A DNA stretch of 64,000 nucleotides from Amoebidium appalachense (Eukaryota > Protista > Ichthyosporea): NCBI GenBank assembly GCA_963693365.1, contig CAVNZM010000016.1, positions 7,299,029-7,363,028 on the forward strand, given 5' to 3'. The position numbers and the translations under genes were made by a program. The notes below the pieces were generated by a model, which ran no database searches, was not told the DNA's origin, and worked only from the letters and a program-made list of their open reading frames with translations. Shown piece by piece: positions 1 to 27,126 of the stretch (its first letter is position 1; each line of letters opens with the position of its first letter).

Positions 1-112
1 AGGGGTGGATGGGGGTGGGTTTTTCGGGTGGGTATTTTTTTGGGGGAGTGGGGGGGACCCCCCCCCCCCCCCCCAAAGCACACACACAGACACACAGACA
101 GGCAGACAGACA

Positions 113-198
<86 letters not shown>

Positions 199-208
199 GG
201 ACACCCAC

Positions 209-1379
209 GTGCATATTAGGGGCATTCTTTGTAGCCTGGGCCAGGGCCTCTCTGAGCCTAGCCAGGTCCCCCCACAGCCTTTTCACCTCCTCCCCGGCTG
301 CCACCCCCACAGACTCAACCTCCCCCTGCAACCGCTGCCTGTCTGCCTCCAACTCAACCACCCGTGACTCTGGGTGTGTGGCCACCAAAAAGGGAGGGGG
401 GGAGGGGGGGGGGGGTTAGCGTTACAGAAAACGAAGTACACGTTCATACACAAAACGCACAGCAGATTGAGGGGGGGTTTTGGGGGTCGGCACTAGGCGT
501 TTATGTATTTTTTGCTGTGGGGGGAAATGTGTTAATGTCAAGGGGAGGGGGGAGGGTGCGGAGGGGGAGGGGGGGGGGGGGAGAAGGCAGAGGAAGTTGG
601 GGTTGTGGGTGTTTTTTTCTTCGGGGGGAAAGGGGAGGAGGGGGGGGGGGGGGGGGGGAGGTGATTGGGTAAGAGGCGACATGAGGAAAGCCAGCAAAAC
701 CAAGGTGAAGTGTTTTAAAGCGGCGCCATGAGCTAGGGAATGATGGGTAGAATTGTGTTGAAACACATAACTAAGCACGGGCACGCAGCGAGCGCATGAC
801 GGAGGGAGGGAGGGAGGGAGGGACGGAGGGAGGGACGGAGGGAGGGAGGGAGGGAGGGAGGGAGGGAGGCCAGAGGGAGGGCGGAACGGGAAGGCATAGG
901 GGTGGGAGGTAGCTAATAGTAACCTCGAAAAATAGGCTGAGCAAGAGGCCAAACGAAGAAGAAACTGGCGATCAAAATACAAAGGCTTGGGAGCAAGATG
1001 CACAAAAGAAGGGTCTGCGAGAATGGAAGAATGACAGAGCAGAAGAAGCAGAAAAGAAACATGGGATTTTTAATACTGGGGACGGACCAGATGGACAGGA
1101 AACTCAGCGGGTGGGGATGCGTTAGAAGCGAAAAAATGTAATGCTGAGTGTTGTGGCTAGATGTCGAACATTAGTCTTCCCCTTGCACCCACCTGCTTCA
1201 GTGGCTGCCGCCTGCAAGCGCGCCACCTCCTCCTTCAACCCAGCGCATTCTTCCTCCTTTGCAGCCAGCTGGCCGCCCAGCACCAAGCCAAACTGCTGCA
1301 GCAGTGTGGGGTGGGCCTCAAGCACCGCCCTCTGGGGGGGCTCTAGCGCCAACAAGGCAAGGAGCTCACTGGAGTCCAT
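209..1379 (-). CDS. Coiled-coil protein, 5' part (exons 1379-1193 and 369-209; continues off the window edge)
   Basis: ATG at 1379; donor AG|GTGGGT after 1193, acceptor CCCAG before 369 and donor CAC|GTGGGT after 209 are phase-compatible. Joined: MDSSELL...KEEECAGLKEEVARLQAAATEA-ESRVVELEADRQRLQGEVESV...LARLREALAQATK, with heptad-like periodicity. Confidence 0.7.
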
Positions 1380-1904
1380 GCTGGGAATAGGGGTGGGTAG
1401 CCCACCCTGTGGTGCTGACGCCTAATGCTATACAAGCCCTCGCCTACACTGTGCCTAACCACGCATGAATATATTACTCTTCAGACGTCTTCGAGACACC
1501 AGCAAACGTGTTTGGACAAGGGAGCGACACTGCTGGTCATGACTGTTTGCGCAGTTCCAAAGCTGGATGTTGGAACCCGATCTCAAACATTCGATTAGCC
1601 GATTGACCATTATTATTGGCTCATACATTTTTGGCGGGAGAGACAAGGCCTTGAAGCAAGATCAACGCGTTTCATATTCTTTCACGGTGCACACTGCACA
1701 CAGCACCCTTCGTTCTTCAGTCCAAGCGTGTACTGAAAATAACTGGGCACATTCATAAGCTACGTAACATCAAATACATGGATAAAATCGTTCTATGTAA
1801 TTCATTTTCTTTTACATTCAGCATATACAGCACTACACATTCGCGCAGCCTACTCTACACAAGGCAACACCTCTCGTCCCCCTCATAAATTCATACTTCC
1901 TATC

Positions 1905-3125
1905 TCATATCTCGGTCAAGTAACCCTCACAGAGCGGCCTTAGTGCAAGCGCATTGTTCTGCAGCACCCCAAACTTCTTCTCTTTAACGTAGTGTATGGC
2001 CACCGCATCATCTTGGCACGTGCCCACAGCAACAGACACAGGCAGTTGCACGACCTTTGGGTTGTGCAATGCGACAATGTGGCCGATGGTCGTGTCTTCA
2101 AACGCCATCCAGTGGAAGTTGGGAGATAAGCGAACATTAGCTACGTGATTAGCTAGGTCCCATGACAGGGCAACCAACGCACCCCTCATATATGGGGCGC
2201 CAAAGCGGAAGGGATACTCAGCCCAACGCAAAAACCACTTGTTGGTGCTGTTGCGGAAGGGAACAAAGTAGTCGACGTCAAGCGTGTTTCCCGCGTACAC
2301 ATTGAGAGGTGGTGTCTTGTATAGAGACCTGAGAAGGCGTGGAAGATGCACAAACGTGTCATCATCTGTTTTAACCGTGTAGTAGGCACCACATGCCTCC
2401 GAGCCCCAAGTAAACACCCCGATGCTCTTCATGCTGATGTTTGTGTACGCATCTACGTGCCCGAGGGTTATCAGGTCTCCAAACTCAACCGCTTCCTTTT
2501 CCAGCTCAGTCAACTGCGTTTCTTCCTTTGGAAGAGCCGTAAAAAACCTCATTACCACGTGGTTACGATAACGTTCGGGCCAGCGCATGTACATTTCACG
2601 CCAAGCAGCACGGCGCAAGGCATACTTTGGCTCTGCCCCACTCAGGACGCCTATGGCGACATGAACAATGGGTTTGCTGCGGTCTGAGCGGTCTCTGTTT
2701 GGCGCACACTCTGTCTCCATGCCCGTTGCTCCGCCAGGCAGCACAACGGGAAGAAAAAGCTGCTCGTGGGTCTGCCGTGCTTGCAACCAGAGGGGGGCAT
2801 ACGACCTAACAAGTGCCTCGACACCTTGCTTGCCCAGGGGTGCTTGGGGCGGTGCCTGTTGAAGAGAAGTGGAAGAATAGTCATGGTATGCAGGACTTTC
2901 CCCCCCGCCCCCATTTTCTGCAAATGTGCGTGCCTCGTGCTTAGTCTCGCCCACGTCTGTATCGTTTCCAACATCACTGGCTTTGAAGAAATGGATGGCG
3001 AGGATCCTGTTAGCATCTTGCACACCAGACAGGGAGACCAGAAGATGTGTTGCTATGATGACTAGTGATAAAATAATCAGCGCCATTAAAGCGCGGTAAG
3101 TTTTTAACTTGGAGGCAGTTTCCAT
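1905..3125 (-). CDS. Beta-1,3-galactosyltransferase-like protein (GT31 / Galactosyl_T), intronless, type II membrane protein
   Basis: 406-aa ORF; N-terminal TM anchor (LMALIILSLVIIATHLLV); GT31 motifs RRAAWR, E..EFGDLI, DAYTNIS.KS, KTDDDTFV (DxD), PYMRGALVALSWD, EDTTIG, terminal His (AIHYV). Confidence 0.9.
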   Translation of the reverse strand: METASKLKTYRALMALIILSLVIIATHLLVSLSGVQDANRILAIHFFKASDVGNDTDVGETKHEARTFAENGGGGESPAYHDYSSTSLQQAPPQAPLGKQGVEALVRSYAPLWLQARQTHEQLFLPVVLPGGATGMETECAPNRDRSDRSKPIVHVAIGVLSGAEPKYALRRAAWREMYMRWPERYRNHVVMRFFTALPKEETQLTELEKEAVEFGDLITLGHVDAYTNISMKSIGVFTWGSEACGAYYTVKTDDDTFVHLPRLLRSLYKTPPLNVYAGNTLDVDYFVPFRNSTNKWFLRWAEYPFRFGAPYMRGALVALSWDLANHVANVRLSPNFHWMAFEDTTIGHIVALHNPKVVQLPVSVAVGTCQDDAVAIHYVKEKKFGVLQNNALALRPLCEGYLTEI

Positions 3126-5014
3126 GCTGCCGTTCTCTGAACGAGTGTTGGGTTCAACACAAAAAATCTTATCTACCTCACTATGGTTGCATTTGAAGAG
3201 AGCGTGTCTTTTCTGAGAAAGTTGTGCACGTTATGGAAACTTATCACATATATGCTAGACTTCCAAGTTCTCCTTTTACTTTGCTTGTGCGACTGGTTGG
3301 GTAGATCTTCTCCCGTCAGGTTTGCTTGAGAGTTTGCCTGTGCACCCCAACGACTAAGTCTCGCTCTAAAACTGCAAACTCAGCGTGAGCACACTCGTGA
3401 GCACAGGCTGCAGGCAACTGTGCGTGAGCACAGCTGCAGGCAACTGTGACGAAGTTTGCGCCATGAGAAAGGAATGCTCGATTGCTGCATCGGCGCCATT
3501 TTATTGGTCTATGTATCGTTGGTGCCCTCCGAGCCAATCACAGGGGAGAGCCGCGCAGGGTAGGGATTACGAAAAAAAATCGTCGTAATTACGATTAACG
3601 AGAGACCCCGATACGAATAAGGTCAGGGTACCGTCGTAACAGCTTTCGTATCAAGTGTGTAGCATTATAAACGCTTGAATATGTAATTTTCCCTATTTTT
3701 TCAATATTTCTGTTCAAGAACAGCACATTCCCCCCCAAGAACATATCTACAGCACTTCTCGTGTGCAATATCGAGCCCCGATAAGTTTCCAGGGCTTGTA
3801 ATCTTGCGGTATTCAATTTGTAAAAACACGTATTTTGAGTTTTGCGACTGGAGGGGCGTTTTAGGCGGGGCTTGCAGCTCCCCAAGAACCCACGAAATTG
3901 ACCGTTACGATTGGCCAAATGGCGATACGGTGAAGCTGGCGAACCCCAGCCCAACCCTGGAGCCGCGGCCCATATAAGGGCTGGCACTTGAGGGGGAGTC
4001 TCCCCCGCCCCCCCGGGGCCCCCCCCCCGGGATGCCCGGGGCGAGCAGGACTACACGGGGAGAGATGTTTGGGGGAAGGGTGGGGAGGGGAATTCCATTT
4101 CAGGTCGCGCACAAGGCTGTCTTGTCTCTCAACGATCATGCTGTAATCCGCAAAAAGAGGCCCTCCTTGTGGCACCATGGCCAGTCACGCCGTACGTATA
4201 CGGACCGCATCCATTTTGCGTTCGATCGCAATGCCCCCATCCCGGGAAGTTCATCAGCGAGGTGTCGTAAGGTGATACCAAAAGGGTGCACAGGTGTATG
4301 AGCCTGGTTCAGGCAAGCGTGGAGAAAGGATCGGGGGTCGAGATCTAGGCCTCTTGAGGACTCCGTTTCTTTTGATCATGCCATTCAAGGGAACCGCATA
4401 TACACGCGTATACGTACGTACGCGTGTCTCTTGCATCATGACCATGAGATGTGCGGGATCAAGTGCACGGGATGACATATATGTATATGAGTGCTTGGTA
4501 AGGAACTATATAAATGCAATGCTCTTCAAACAATATAGCACTGAATACGAAAGTTTAGAGAGTTTGAGGCCCTCCACACTCCCACTGGGCTCACTCCCGG
4601 CCCAGCCCGAGCTCGGCCCTTCAAGCAGCAGCCGAAGTTGCAGCCTGGTGCGCACTTGCCTAAAATGGCAACCACAGATCTAATTTGGTGGCGCCTTTTC
4701 CTCGTAGCCAATCATTGAATTGCGTGCCAGTCACGGCAGCTGAGCTACTTGAAGTTGCATGATCAAGTGAAGTTCATGACCAAATGATAATAATATGTTT
4801 ACCGTCAACTCACCAGTGCAATTGTAGACTGTTTCACGATTAGATTATTGCTGTTTGTGTGCCGTTTATGGGACAGCATCCAGAGCTCTGGTAAAGGGTA
4901 GCGTCCCTACACGGCTAAGTCTGCCAACATTGGGTGGCCAGGAAAACAGGTTTAATTTTTGCTGTTCAAGAGCTAGAGAGTGCTTGTGCCCGTGTGCACA
5001 CTCCAAAAAAAAGG

Positions 5015-19176
<14,162 letters not shown>

Positions 19177-19725
19177 GTGGGTGGGGTAAGTGTGTTAGGA
19201 TTATCTGATTCACTTCCTAAATGGGGTGTAAGGTTGTTAGACTACATGCACGGTTTGATCTGCATAATTTGCTGAATGCTGACTGGCTATGGATCTGGTA
19301 ATAGGTCAATGTGGCTGGAAATAGGCCACATGTGGTTTTATTGTTGTCTCAGGTCACGAAAATTAGATCGTGCACGTGCGGCAGACTGTGTGACGAAGAA
19401 TGCGAGGGTAGACTAATCGGCGAGTGAGGCCTTCCGTATTAGTCTCTCTCCCACCCTCATAGACACCTATGCATGTAATGACGTATCTGTTGCACCCATC
19501 TATACTTGTTCGAATGTCAGAATATAGGCTGGGGATAAATGCTCTCAAAATCTTGGTGAGGGTAAATACCGGCGAACATGATTGCAGAGAAGGATGCTTT
19601 GTACCTCAGCACAACTAGTACTTGATGAAGGCGTTGTGTTCGGTTAGGCTGACCCCGGGCGGGCGGGCGGGCAGGCGGGCGGCGGAGGGGAGGGGAGGGG
19701 GGGGGGGAAGGGGGGGGGGGGAGAA

Positions 19726-19758
<33 letters not shown>

Positions 19759-20761
19759 TGTTCACCTGAATGCATCTTTGATCTATGAAACAGGTGCATG
19801 CATACAACATTCACTTTACGAGATCACCTGCTTATGTGGCAGAAGTTGCAAGAATGGACATAAATGTATCGCTGATGTTACAGTACATGAGTGCAAGGTA
19901 TTCATGGTGTTGATTGCTATCAATTGCGCAAAATCTGTACATCTGGCCAAGAGCGAGATTTTAATTAACGAGAGCATGGAATTGGTCATATTAATGTATG
20001 TGACATAGCCACGTGCAGGTAGCACGTGGGAAAAAGGGCTATGATTGGCTGACACTGGCGGTCGGCAATCACTATTTACAGCGGAGTAAAGATACATGCA
20101 CACCTGTCCGACAGTAGGCATGCATGTGACATTGTTGGGCCGCCTCTGGGACATGTATGGGGCGCCGGTGGTAGTAGCTGCCTAGGCCTGTGAGCTGTGT
20201 GACATTCTTGCTTAACGATTTCGATAAACAGCGTAAACCCCATTTCGATATCCAAGTGTCCGGTATACCGTACATGCAAGTCGTGGAATGTCGATAAGTG
20301 GGTGTACATGTCAGCTTATCACGTGTGTGTGTGTGTTTGTTCGCGATCGCGCGCGGTACACCGGTGTACGGGGTTCTACGGGCCGAAGGCTTCCCGAATG
20401 TATCATCTCTTTTTGAGCCTAATCAGAGAAAGTGCCGTATACGACTAGTTGGCATAATATGCATTTTTAGAGTCCGGGGCAGCCATGCATATATCCATGG
20501 GGGTTTACGCTGTTTACTCGAGGCAAAGAGAACCAGTCTCAGGTATGGGGGGGGGTTTTGCTCGGAATATCCCCTCAGCGGTATATCATGATCACGTACA
20601 TAGATGTCGGGTGGTGACTATATATCAGGGTTTACTTTCTCTACGAGACACCATAAAGACTACAAGGAGAAATCAATTAGTTGGGGTTCCCCGTTTTTTT
20701 TTTGTTTTTTTTTTTGTTTTTTTTTAAAGGGGCTCCCCTTGGGACACTCGGTATCAGCTGG

Positions 20762-20816
<55 letters not shown>

Positions 20817-20836
20817 TGTGTGTGTGCGCGCGTGCG

Positions 20837-22044
20837 CTATAATTTTGTAGTGATGTGTTTCTCAAGCCAATCAATACATCTAATAAACAGGTCGTAGTTA
20901 CGCGTGTTTAGTATAAAATCAAGGATGTTGTAATTTACAGGTAGGCTATCTTTCTGGGTGTCTGTTGTGAATGTGACGTGTGTGTGTTGCGGTATTATGT
21001 GGTCTATCAAACTACATTTGGCGATACATGACCGGTTAAACTGGTGTGTGTGTGTGTTGTTTGGGCATGCAAATGATGCCACCTTATACTTATTAGATCT
21101 CCACTGTATAGCACGTGTACAGTAAAAGCGTGGTAATTGATCAATATTACCATCAGCTAGAGAAAGACCAGTTCTACAGGAAGGTAATATGTATTTAGGT
21201 GTTATACATTTGCGAGTGCCATATTTGGCAATATGGTTGAGGCGGTCAGTAAATATAAAACGAGACATAAGGCTTAGATTTTCAAGGTGTATGCTTTCAT
21301 CGGGTCTAGTGTCGTGTGGTATCTTTTCAATGATTTGTTATATTGCGTGATTATCTTGTGATTGTGTACATGTTTAATAAGTAAGTGGCAGTCCAAAGTC
21401 ACACACACACTATTGCGGGGTTTATTTGTATTTGTGCCCAGGGGAGAAGGGGAGAGAGAGGGGAGGAAAGAGGGGAGAGGTGAGGAGGGGACAGGTCGGA
21501 TAGAGAAGAGAGGGTGGGAGGGCAAATACTTCTTTAAGCGGCTTATGTGCTTATTGAATTTCAGCGCGAGATAGGATACTCTAGCAGCTATTGGGACCAG
21601 ACCATATATCGAGAGCGTTACAAGCCCAGGTTTACAACAGTTGTTAGATAGAAAGGAGGCAACTTCTGCTTCAAGGAAATTTGCCAAGGGTTTAAGCGCT
21701 CTAGTTCTCTCTTTCTTGATCCAAGCGGCGAGAAGGGGTAAACCATATTCACATGCCGGGAAGACAAAAGTGCGAATAAATGTAAGTCTAATAGAAGGAT
21801 GGAGGGGTGTGTCTTTAAAAATATTAGCCGAGAAGAAAGCTAACCGCTTACGAGCCAACTCTACCCTCTTTTCGACCATATGGGGAAACATAACACCAAC
21901 AGAATCAACCGGAACACCAAGATATTTGTATTCTGGAACTATAGGTACAGGTTTAGATGATAATGTAAATGTGTGTAAATTGTTAGCTATATCAGGTACA
22001 AGAACACCACATTTGTCTATGTTAAGGATCATAAGGTTTGCCAT
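20837..22044 (-). mobile_element. 5'-truncated, frameshifted non-LTR retrotransposon ORF2 (RT C-terminal part plus Cys/His-rich C-terminus)
   Basis: LMILNIDKC...EYKYLGV (RT domains 6/7), FIRTFVFPACEYGL (thumb region), then in a second frame AIQWRSN..CP....H.FNRSCI..C and ILDFILN; frame change near 21270. Confidence 0.8.
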
Positions 22045-23447
22045 CGAGAACCCAGCTACATCAAAAAACGAAACTAAAAGCTATGTGTGTGCAGCGGCAG
22101 AAGATTTGTACAGAGCCCATCATCAGACGGTTCATAAGGCTCCACACTGAATGGTTTCATTAAGGGACCTTAAGGGCCCTTAATCAACGGTTTCGACCTC
22201 TCACGTGTGGTCACCAACCCATTCTTTGTTGTTAGGGCGCAATGCAAGTCGACCTGCCTTATAATTATTAGCCAAAGACGAGCATTTGGCTGTTCATCGA
22301 GAGAGCAGCAATCCGAATATCTATGTAATTTATATGTTCCAACCACATGCGAGCCTTTAAGGGATTCTTGATTTTGACTACTACGGGGAGGGGCCGGGGC
22401 CGTAGTTGGGGGGGGGGGAGGGGGGGGGGACCCACCACCCCACTCTTGGCAAGGGGGGAGGGGGGGGGGGGGGTTGGACTCACCCACCCTGCGGAGGGGG
22501 TGGGTCCCCCCCTCCGGTGGGGGGAGGGGGGGGGGGGGGGAGGGGGGTACCACCAGGTCCGACGTTGATATTAGCTAACCCCCTTCCTCCCCCCCCCACA
22601 TTTCAATCGAACAAACAAGCAAAGAACTTGCAATTGAAGCCGGGCTTCTACAAATTAAAGCTCCCTAATCCCGTTGAAGTAGTCTCAAATGCCATACGTA
22701 TATATATATACTTTAAAGAGGACATCTCGAATAGAAAGAGCCTGAAAGGCCGGAGAGACGTTCGCAAGCTTGGTGAAACCCTGGGAAGAAAGAGCATGGC
22801 TTGCAGTGGAACGGGATATTAATCGATTTGTGAGAGTGTGTTGTGTGGCCCACGGTGGGTGGGTGGGCGGGCGGGGGGGAGGGGGGGGGGGGGGGGGGGG
22901 GGGGATAGAGGAAGAGTATTCACACCACATCGTGTCCATCATCTTTGGGAAGGCAGAAAAAGGTAGCCTACACAGATCAGCACACGTCGAGGGAGAGGGG
23001 GGGGGGGGGAGGGGGGGGGGGGGGGGGGGGGGGGGGGCACTATCCGCCTGAGTAGGTGGGGACCATTCATAGGGATTGATGATTTCTACTGCCCCTTCCC
23101 CAACCTACTCGTGCCTAGACTCAGAGCGTGCCGCAGGTGGTGGCCAATACCTAATTAAATGTCTTGTTTAACACTGTACATGTGTTGACAATGTTAACTT
23201 TTTTAAATTGTTATATTGCCTTTTTACCGAAGACTAATATTATTAATGAAGTTTTGGCGCGCAATAAAAATGTTTTTTGCTTAGTAGGAATATGGTAAGT
23301 ATCATGAATCTGATGGTTGTTTTTGTTTTAATTTGGTGTGGAAGCAGGACTCAGTCACAGCGAACTGTCGTCACGGAACGAGTCGACAAAAACATCCACG
23401 AGCACGCCTCGGTGCGCGATACAGTATTTGTCGTCTTGTGGGCCCAC

Positions 23448-23826
23448 AAAGGCCATGCGTGCAAGGCACGTGCTTACAAGTGTGTCTAACCCCGTGGTGC
23501 ATGCTCCGTCCAGGAAAAGAGCAGCAGCAGCAGCCGTAGCATCATTCATCCTCTCTTTGAGCGAGAAGGACACTCTACCTTTGAGGGACTCTATGTTGTA
23601 TCGGTTGGCAAGGCTGGCCACAGGAATGAGCTGCGTGTCCAAAAACTTCACTGATCATCATTTCTCGGCGTAGCAAAAGTCAAGAATAAGTCCAAAAGCA
23701 TCCGCAGTTGTGTTTTCTAACCTCACCTCCTTTTCATTTCTGTACTGCCCATACAGCTGCTCCTTAAAAGAACCTCCGACTGTGCGGCCAAAACTAAACG
23801 GTGGGCTGGGAACTGTTTCATAGTTC
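23448..23826 (-). pseudogene. BTB/POZ-domain exon with a frameshift and in-frame stops
   Basis: KQFPAHRLVLAAQSEV / frameshift / FKEQLYGQY..EKEVRLE....AFGLILDFCY / TGA TGA at 23655-23660 / LANRYNIESLK; flanked by a CAG acceptor and a GTGGGC donor. Confidence 0.75.
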
Positions 23827-24420
23827 CTGTGCGGGCGAACTACTACTACAGTGTGCATGCTGATGCTTGGCCCCAAAGGACACACCAGCACATGACATTT
23901 GTGTGACGGTGAAGATGGGCTATCGTGGGGCCATGCACGGCCCAGACCACGAGACAGCCTGAGCTCCGTGTGCGCTGATGGGTGCGTAACCGGGAGAAGT
24001 GGTTCTGGCCGTCAGCTGAAAAATGACCGCACATAATAAAGCTCAAACTGACCTTGTACATGTTACATGCACTGCAACGGTATTCCCACACGCTTGCAAT
24101 GAGTTTGGTTATCTGTTTTTTCTTTCACCTTGAACGTTTACTCTCTGATAGCCAGGGGCTTCAGTTGTGAAAAGAGAAAGCTGTCACGCAAAGTACCTGT
24201 GCCCACCATAAATGCTAAAGAAGAAAAAGAAAAAAAAAATCTTTTTGACTGCAAACTTTTTTTAAAAGCAAATTCCCACATGCGTTTCCTCGAATGGCAT
24301 CACAGCACAGCTTTTTTTTCCCGAACCATTGCATTTGTTCCATTTGTACAAGCATTGTACACATACCGGCAACCACCATATACTAGTCTCGTTCTCGCTG
24401 CACACAAACTAAACCCCACC

Positions 24421-24632
24421 ATGGCCACCCCTGCCCCCCTATCCCGCATGGAGTACGTCTACCTCAGCAATCCGGCCACCACCTCCATAGCCCCAGGGGA
24501 GACCCTCTGCCGTGGGCGGATCCACATCCGCGACACATACCCCATGCAGGCTGCATCCCGCAGAGAGCTACTGGCACGCACAGAGGGGGACCTGCCTGAA
24601 AAGGCTGTGGGGGAGGGGGAGAGGATGAAGGG
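24421..24632 (+). CDS. Possible first exon of an unidentified gene
   Basis: CACCATGG Kozak start and codon-like GC-rich MATPAPLSRMEYVYLSNP...; no recognisable family and downstream exons not resolved. Confidence 0.3.
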
Positions 24633-25586
24633 CGTGCACAGGCAGACAAGCTGGCCCTCTGCGGCACAACCGCACGTGCATGCACGTCACGTAATGGGGA
24701 GGCAGCATAGTGTGCACACGTGGAGTGGGAGGGAGGAGGTGGAGAGCGTGGGTGCGGGGAAGGAGCAGGGAGGGAGGGGGTGGAGGGGAGGAAGAGGCTG
24801 AGGGTGTGGCGCAGAGGGAGAGTCAGCTGGAGGGTGGGTGGGTAGGGGCTGTGGGCCGGGCAATGAGTGTGTGTGAGCAGGTGCTGATGGATATGGCACG
24901 GGGCATATTTTAGGGTTTTATGCTGTGTACGAGGCCGTGATTTTCTTGGTGCTGTGCACCCACACAACCTATTTAAAAAAAAATGATTCTATTCCTCCCT
25001 CCCCCCCCTCTTTTTTTCCCCCTTTATTTCTTGTTATTTTCTTTCAAGGCTTCCCCCCCCCCCGCCCCCTCCCCTCCCTTCTCTTTCTAAAATCTCAGAG
25101 GAAGTAGTGGTGGTGGGTGGGTGGGTGTTGGGTGGGGGTGGGGGTGGGGGGGTGAAGAAATAGATCAGGTGATTTTCTTTTTTTTTCTGTTGTTATTTAC
25201 GGTCATCGTCTGAGCCACGTCAGTTTGGGCTGCAAGCTGAGTTCTGCCAGGGCCAGAAGAAATTGGTAGAAGCGTGCACAGTATAATTCAAATTTCCTGA
25301 GCAACTATTTCAACGCGGCAGCTGACTATCACACTTTAATAAAGGCAAAGTGTTCTCCATATACCGACTGCCGTTACGGATCATCATATGATACCTGCTG
25401 TAATAAGACCATGATGCACCCAGTGAACCCCTCCCCCCATCCCCTCCCCCTCCTTTCCCCCTCCCCCTCCCCCCCCCTCCTCCGATGCCCTTGGACATGC
25501 GTCACCTCGTTCACTCCAATATCCCAATATCACCCGGAAGCAGTATGTATGCCGACAACGTTTCCTGAGTGATAATCAAATACTGC

Positions 25587-25631
<45 letters not shown>

Positions 25632-25938
25632 ACACACCCGGCTCATCCCTTCCCCCCCGCCAACCACCACCACTATCCCCTTCCCCCCCCCTCCCCCCTA
25701 AAACCACAAAAGCACCCACATCAACCCATCTTACCCTCCATCCCAGTTATATACCCCCCTCCCCCCCCCCCCCCACCCCCCACCCTCCACACACATGAGT
25801 CCCTTGCGGCACCCCTCACCTCCTGCCTACCCATCCACCAATTTCGTGCCAGACTGATCAGAATTTATGATCTTTAATAGTGCGCGTGCCGTGTGCATGA
25901 GGGTGCCCGTTTTAAAGGGACAGGGCAAATGGGGGGAT

Positions 25939-25975
<37 letters not shown>

Positions 25976-26843
25976 GGGGATTTTGGTGATGAGTCCCGGG
26001 CGGGGGAGGGCCCGGGAAGGGGGAGGGGGAAGGGGCTCGGGGGGAGAGAGAGGGGGGGGGGGGGGGGGGGGATAGAAGAATTGATTTGAATCTTAAGCTT
26101 CAACACATGCGCCACTGTCTGTTGAAGGGTACCGGCCCCAAGAGATCTATATACCTGCTTTCTAGATTGTCAATTAGCCCGTTCAAACAGACATGGCAGG
26201 ACTATCGTGCTAATAATTGGCAACAAGACTATAGGTTGGTTTGTTCTTGTTTCTAACGGTTCTCAATCTAGCGGGGTCTGGTAACGAGGGGGGGAATAAA
26301 GAAGAGCGCGATGACATTGTTATCTGTGCGCCTCTCTCCTTGTACAGGGGGCACACTTACCTGCTACCCTTACATGGCCGATATCCCTACCTTGCGCTTG
26401 GGGCCTCGGCAAGTCATCCCCACTCTCCCCCCCCCCCCCCCCCCCCCCCCACCCAACCACGTGCACCCCCCCCCCCCCTCCCCCCACCCGGGCCTCCTCA
26501 CCAAAATACCTCTCCCCCTCCCAGCCCAGCCCCTCCCACCCCGTTCTCCATACCGCTTGAGGTCTTGCCAGGTTTAAAATGGCGGGTAACAAATCTGAAC
26601 GGATCAGGTATTTGGTGAGGTGTTGCAGGATTCACTTACAAACATTTTGACGGAGACTTCGAGACACCAAGCCTGCGGAGGGGGGGGGGGAGGGGGGGGG
26701 GGGGGGGGGGGGGGGGGCAAGGAATGGGCGTCGCCCTGTGAGGTGGTTTGGTATGATACGTATGTAATCAAGTTAGTATGTTTGTGTAGGAGGGGCGGGG
26801 GCGGGGGAGGGGGGCGGGGGGGGGGGGGGGGGGGGGAGGGGAG

Positions 26844-27126
26844 GGGGATTAGTAGTAGTATTATGTTTACATACGTAGGTTGGGGACAGGAGACGGGGGG
26901 GTATAAGGAGGGGGGTGGGACGGGGCATAACAATCGTCGTTTCTCACACGGCCGGCGCCAACGCTTTTGACCGTGTGAGAAACGACGATTGTTATCATGC
27001 CCCCTCCTACCCCCGGGCCGACCCCGGCCCCCCTCCCCCCCCCTCTCCCCCTCCTTATAAGTTATACCCCCGTGCACCTCTCCCGTCCCCAATCTACTTA
27101 AACATCATACTAAAGTACTAATCCCC
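26844..27126. mobile_element. Foldback / MITE-like inverted-repeat element
   Basis: Perfect 25-bp arms 26927-26951 and 26971-26995 around a 19-nt loop; imperfect outer arms extend to GATTAGTA...TACTAATC. Confidence 0.7.

Noticed and set aside
23655-23660. Selenocysteine or alternative genetic code at TGA TGA
   Set aside because: Other genes here end in TGA (GT31, GPCR-like), and the same exon has a separate frameshift.
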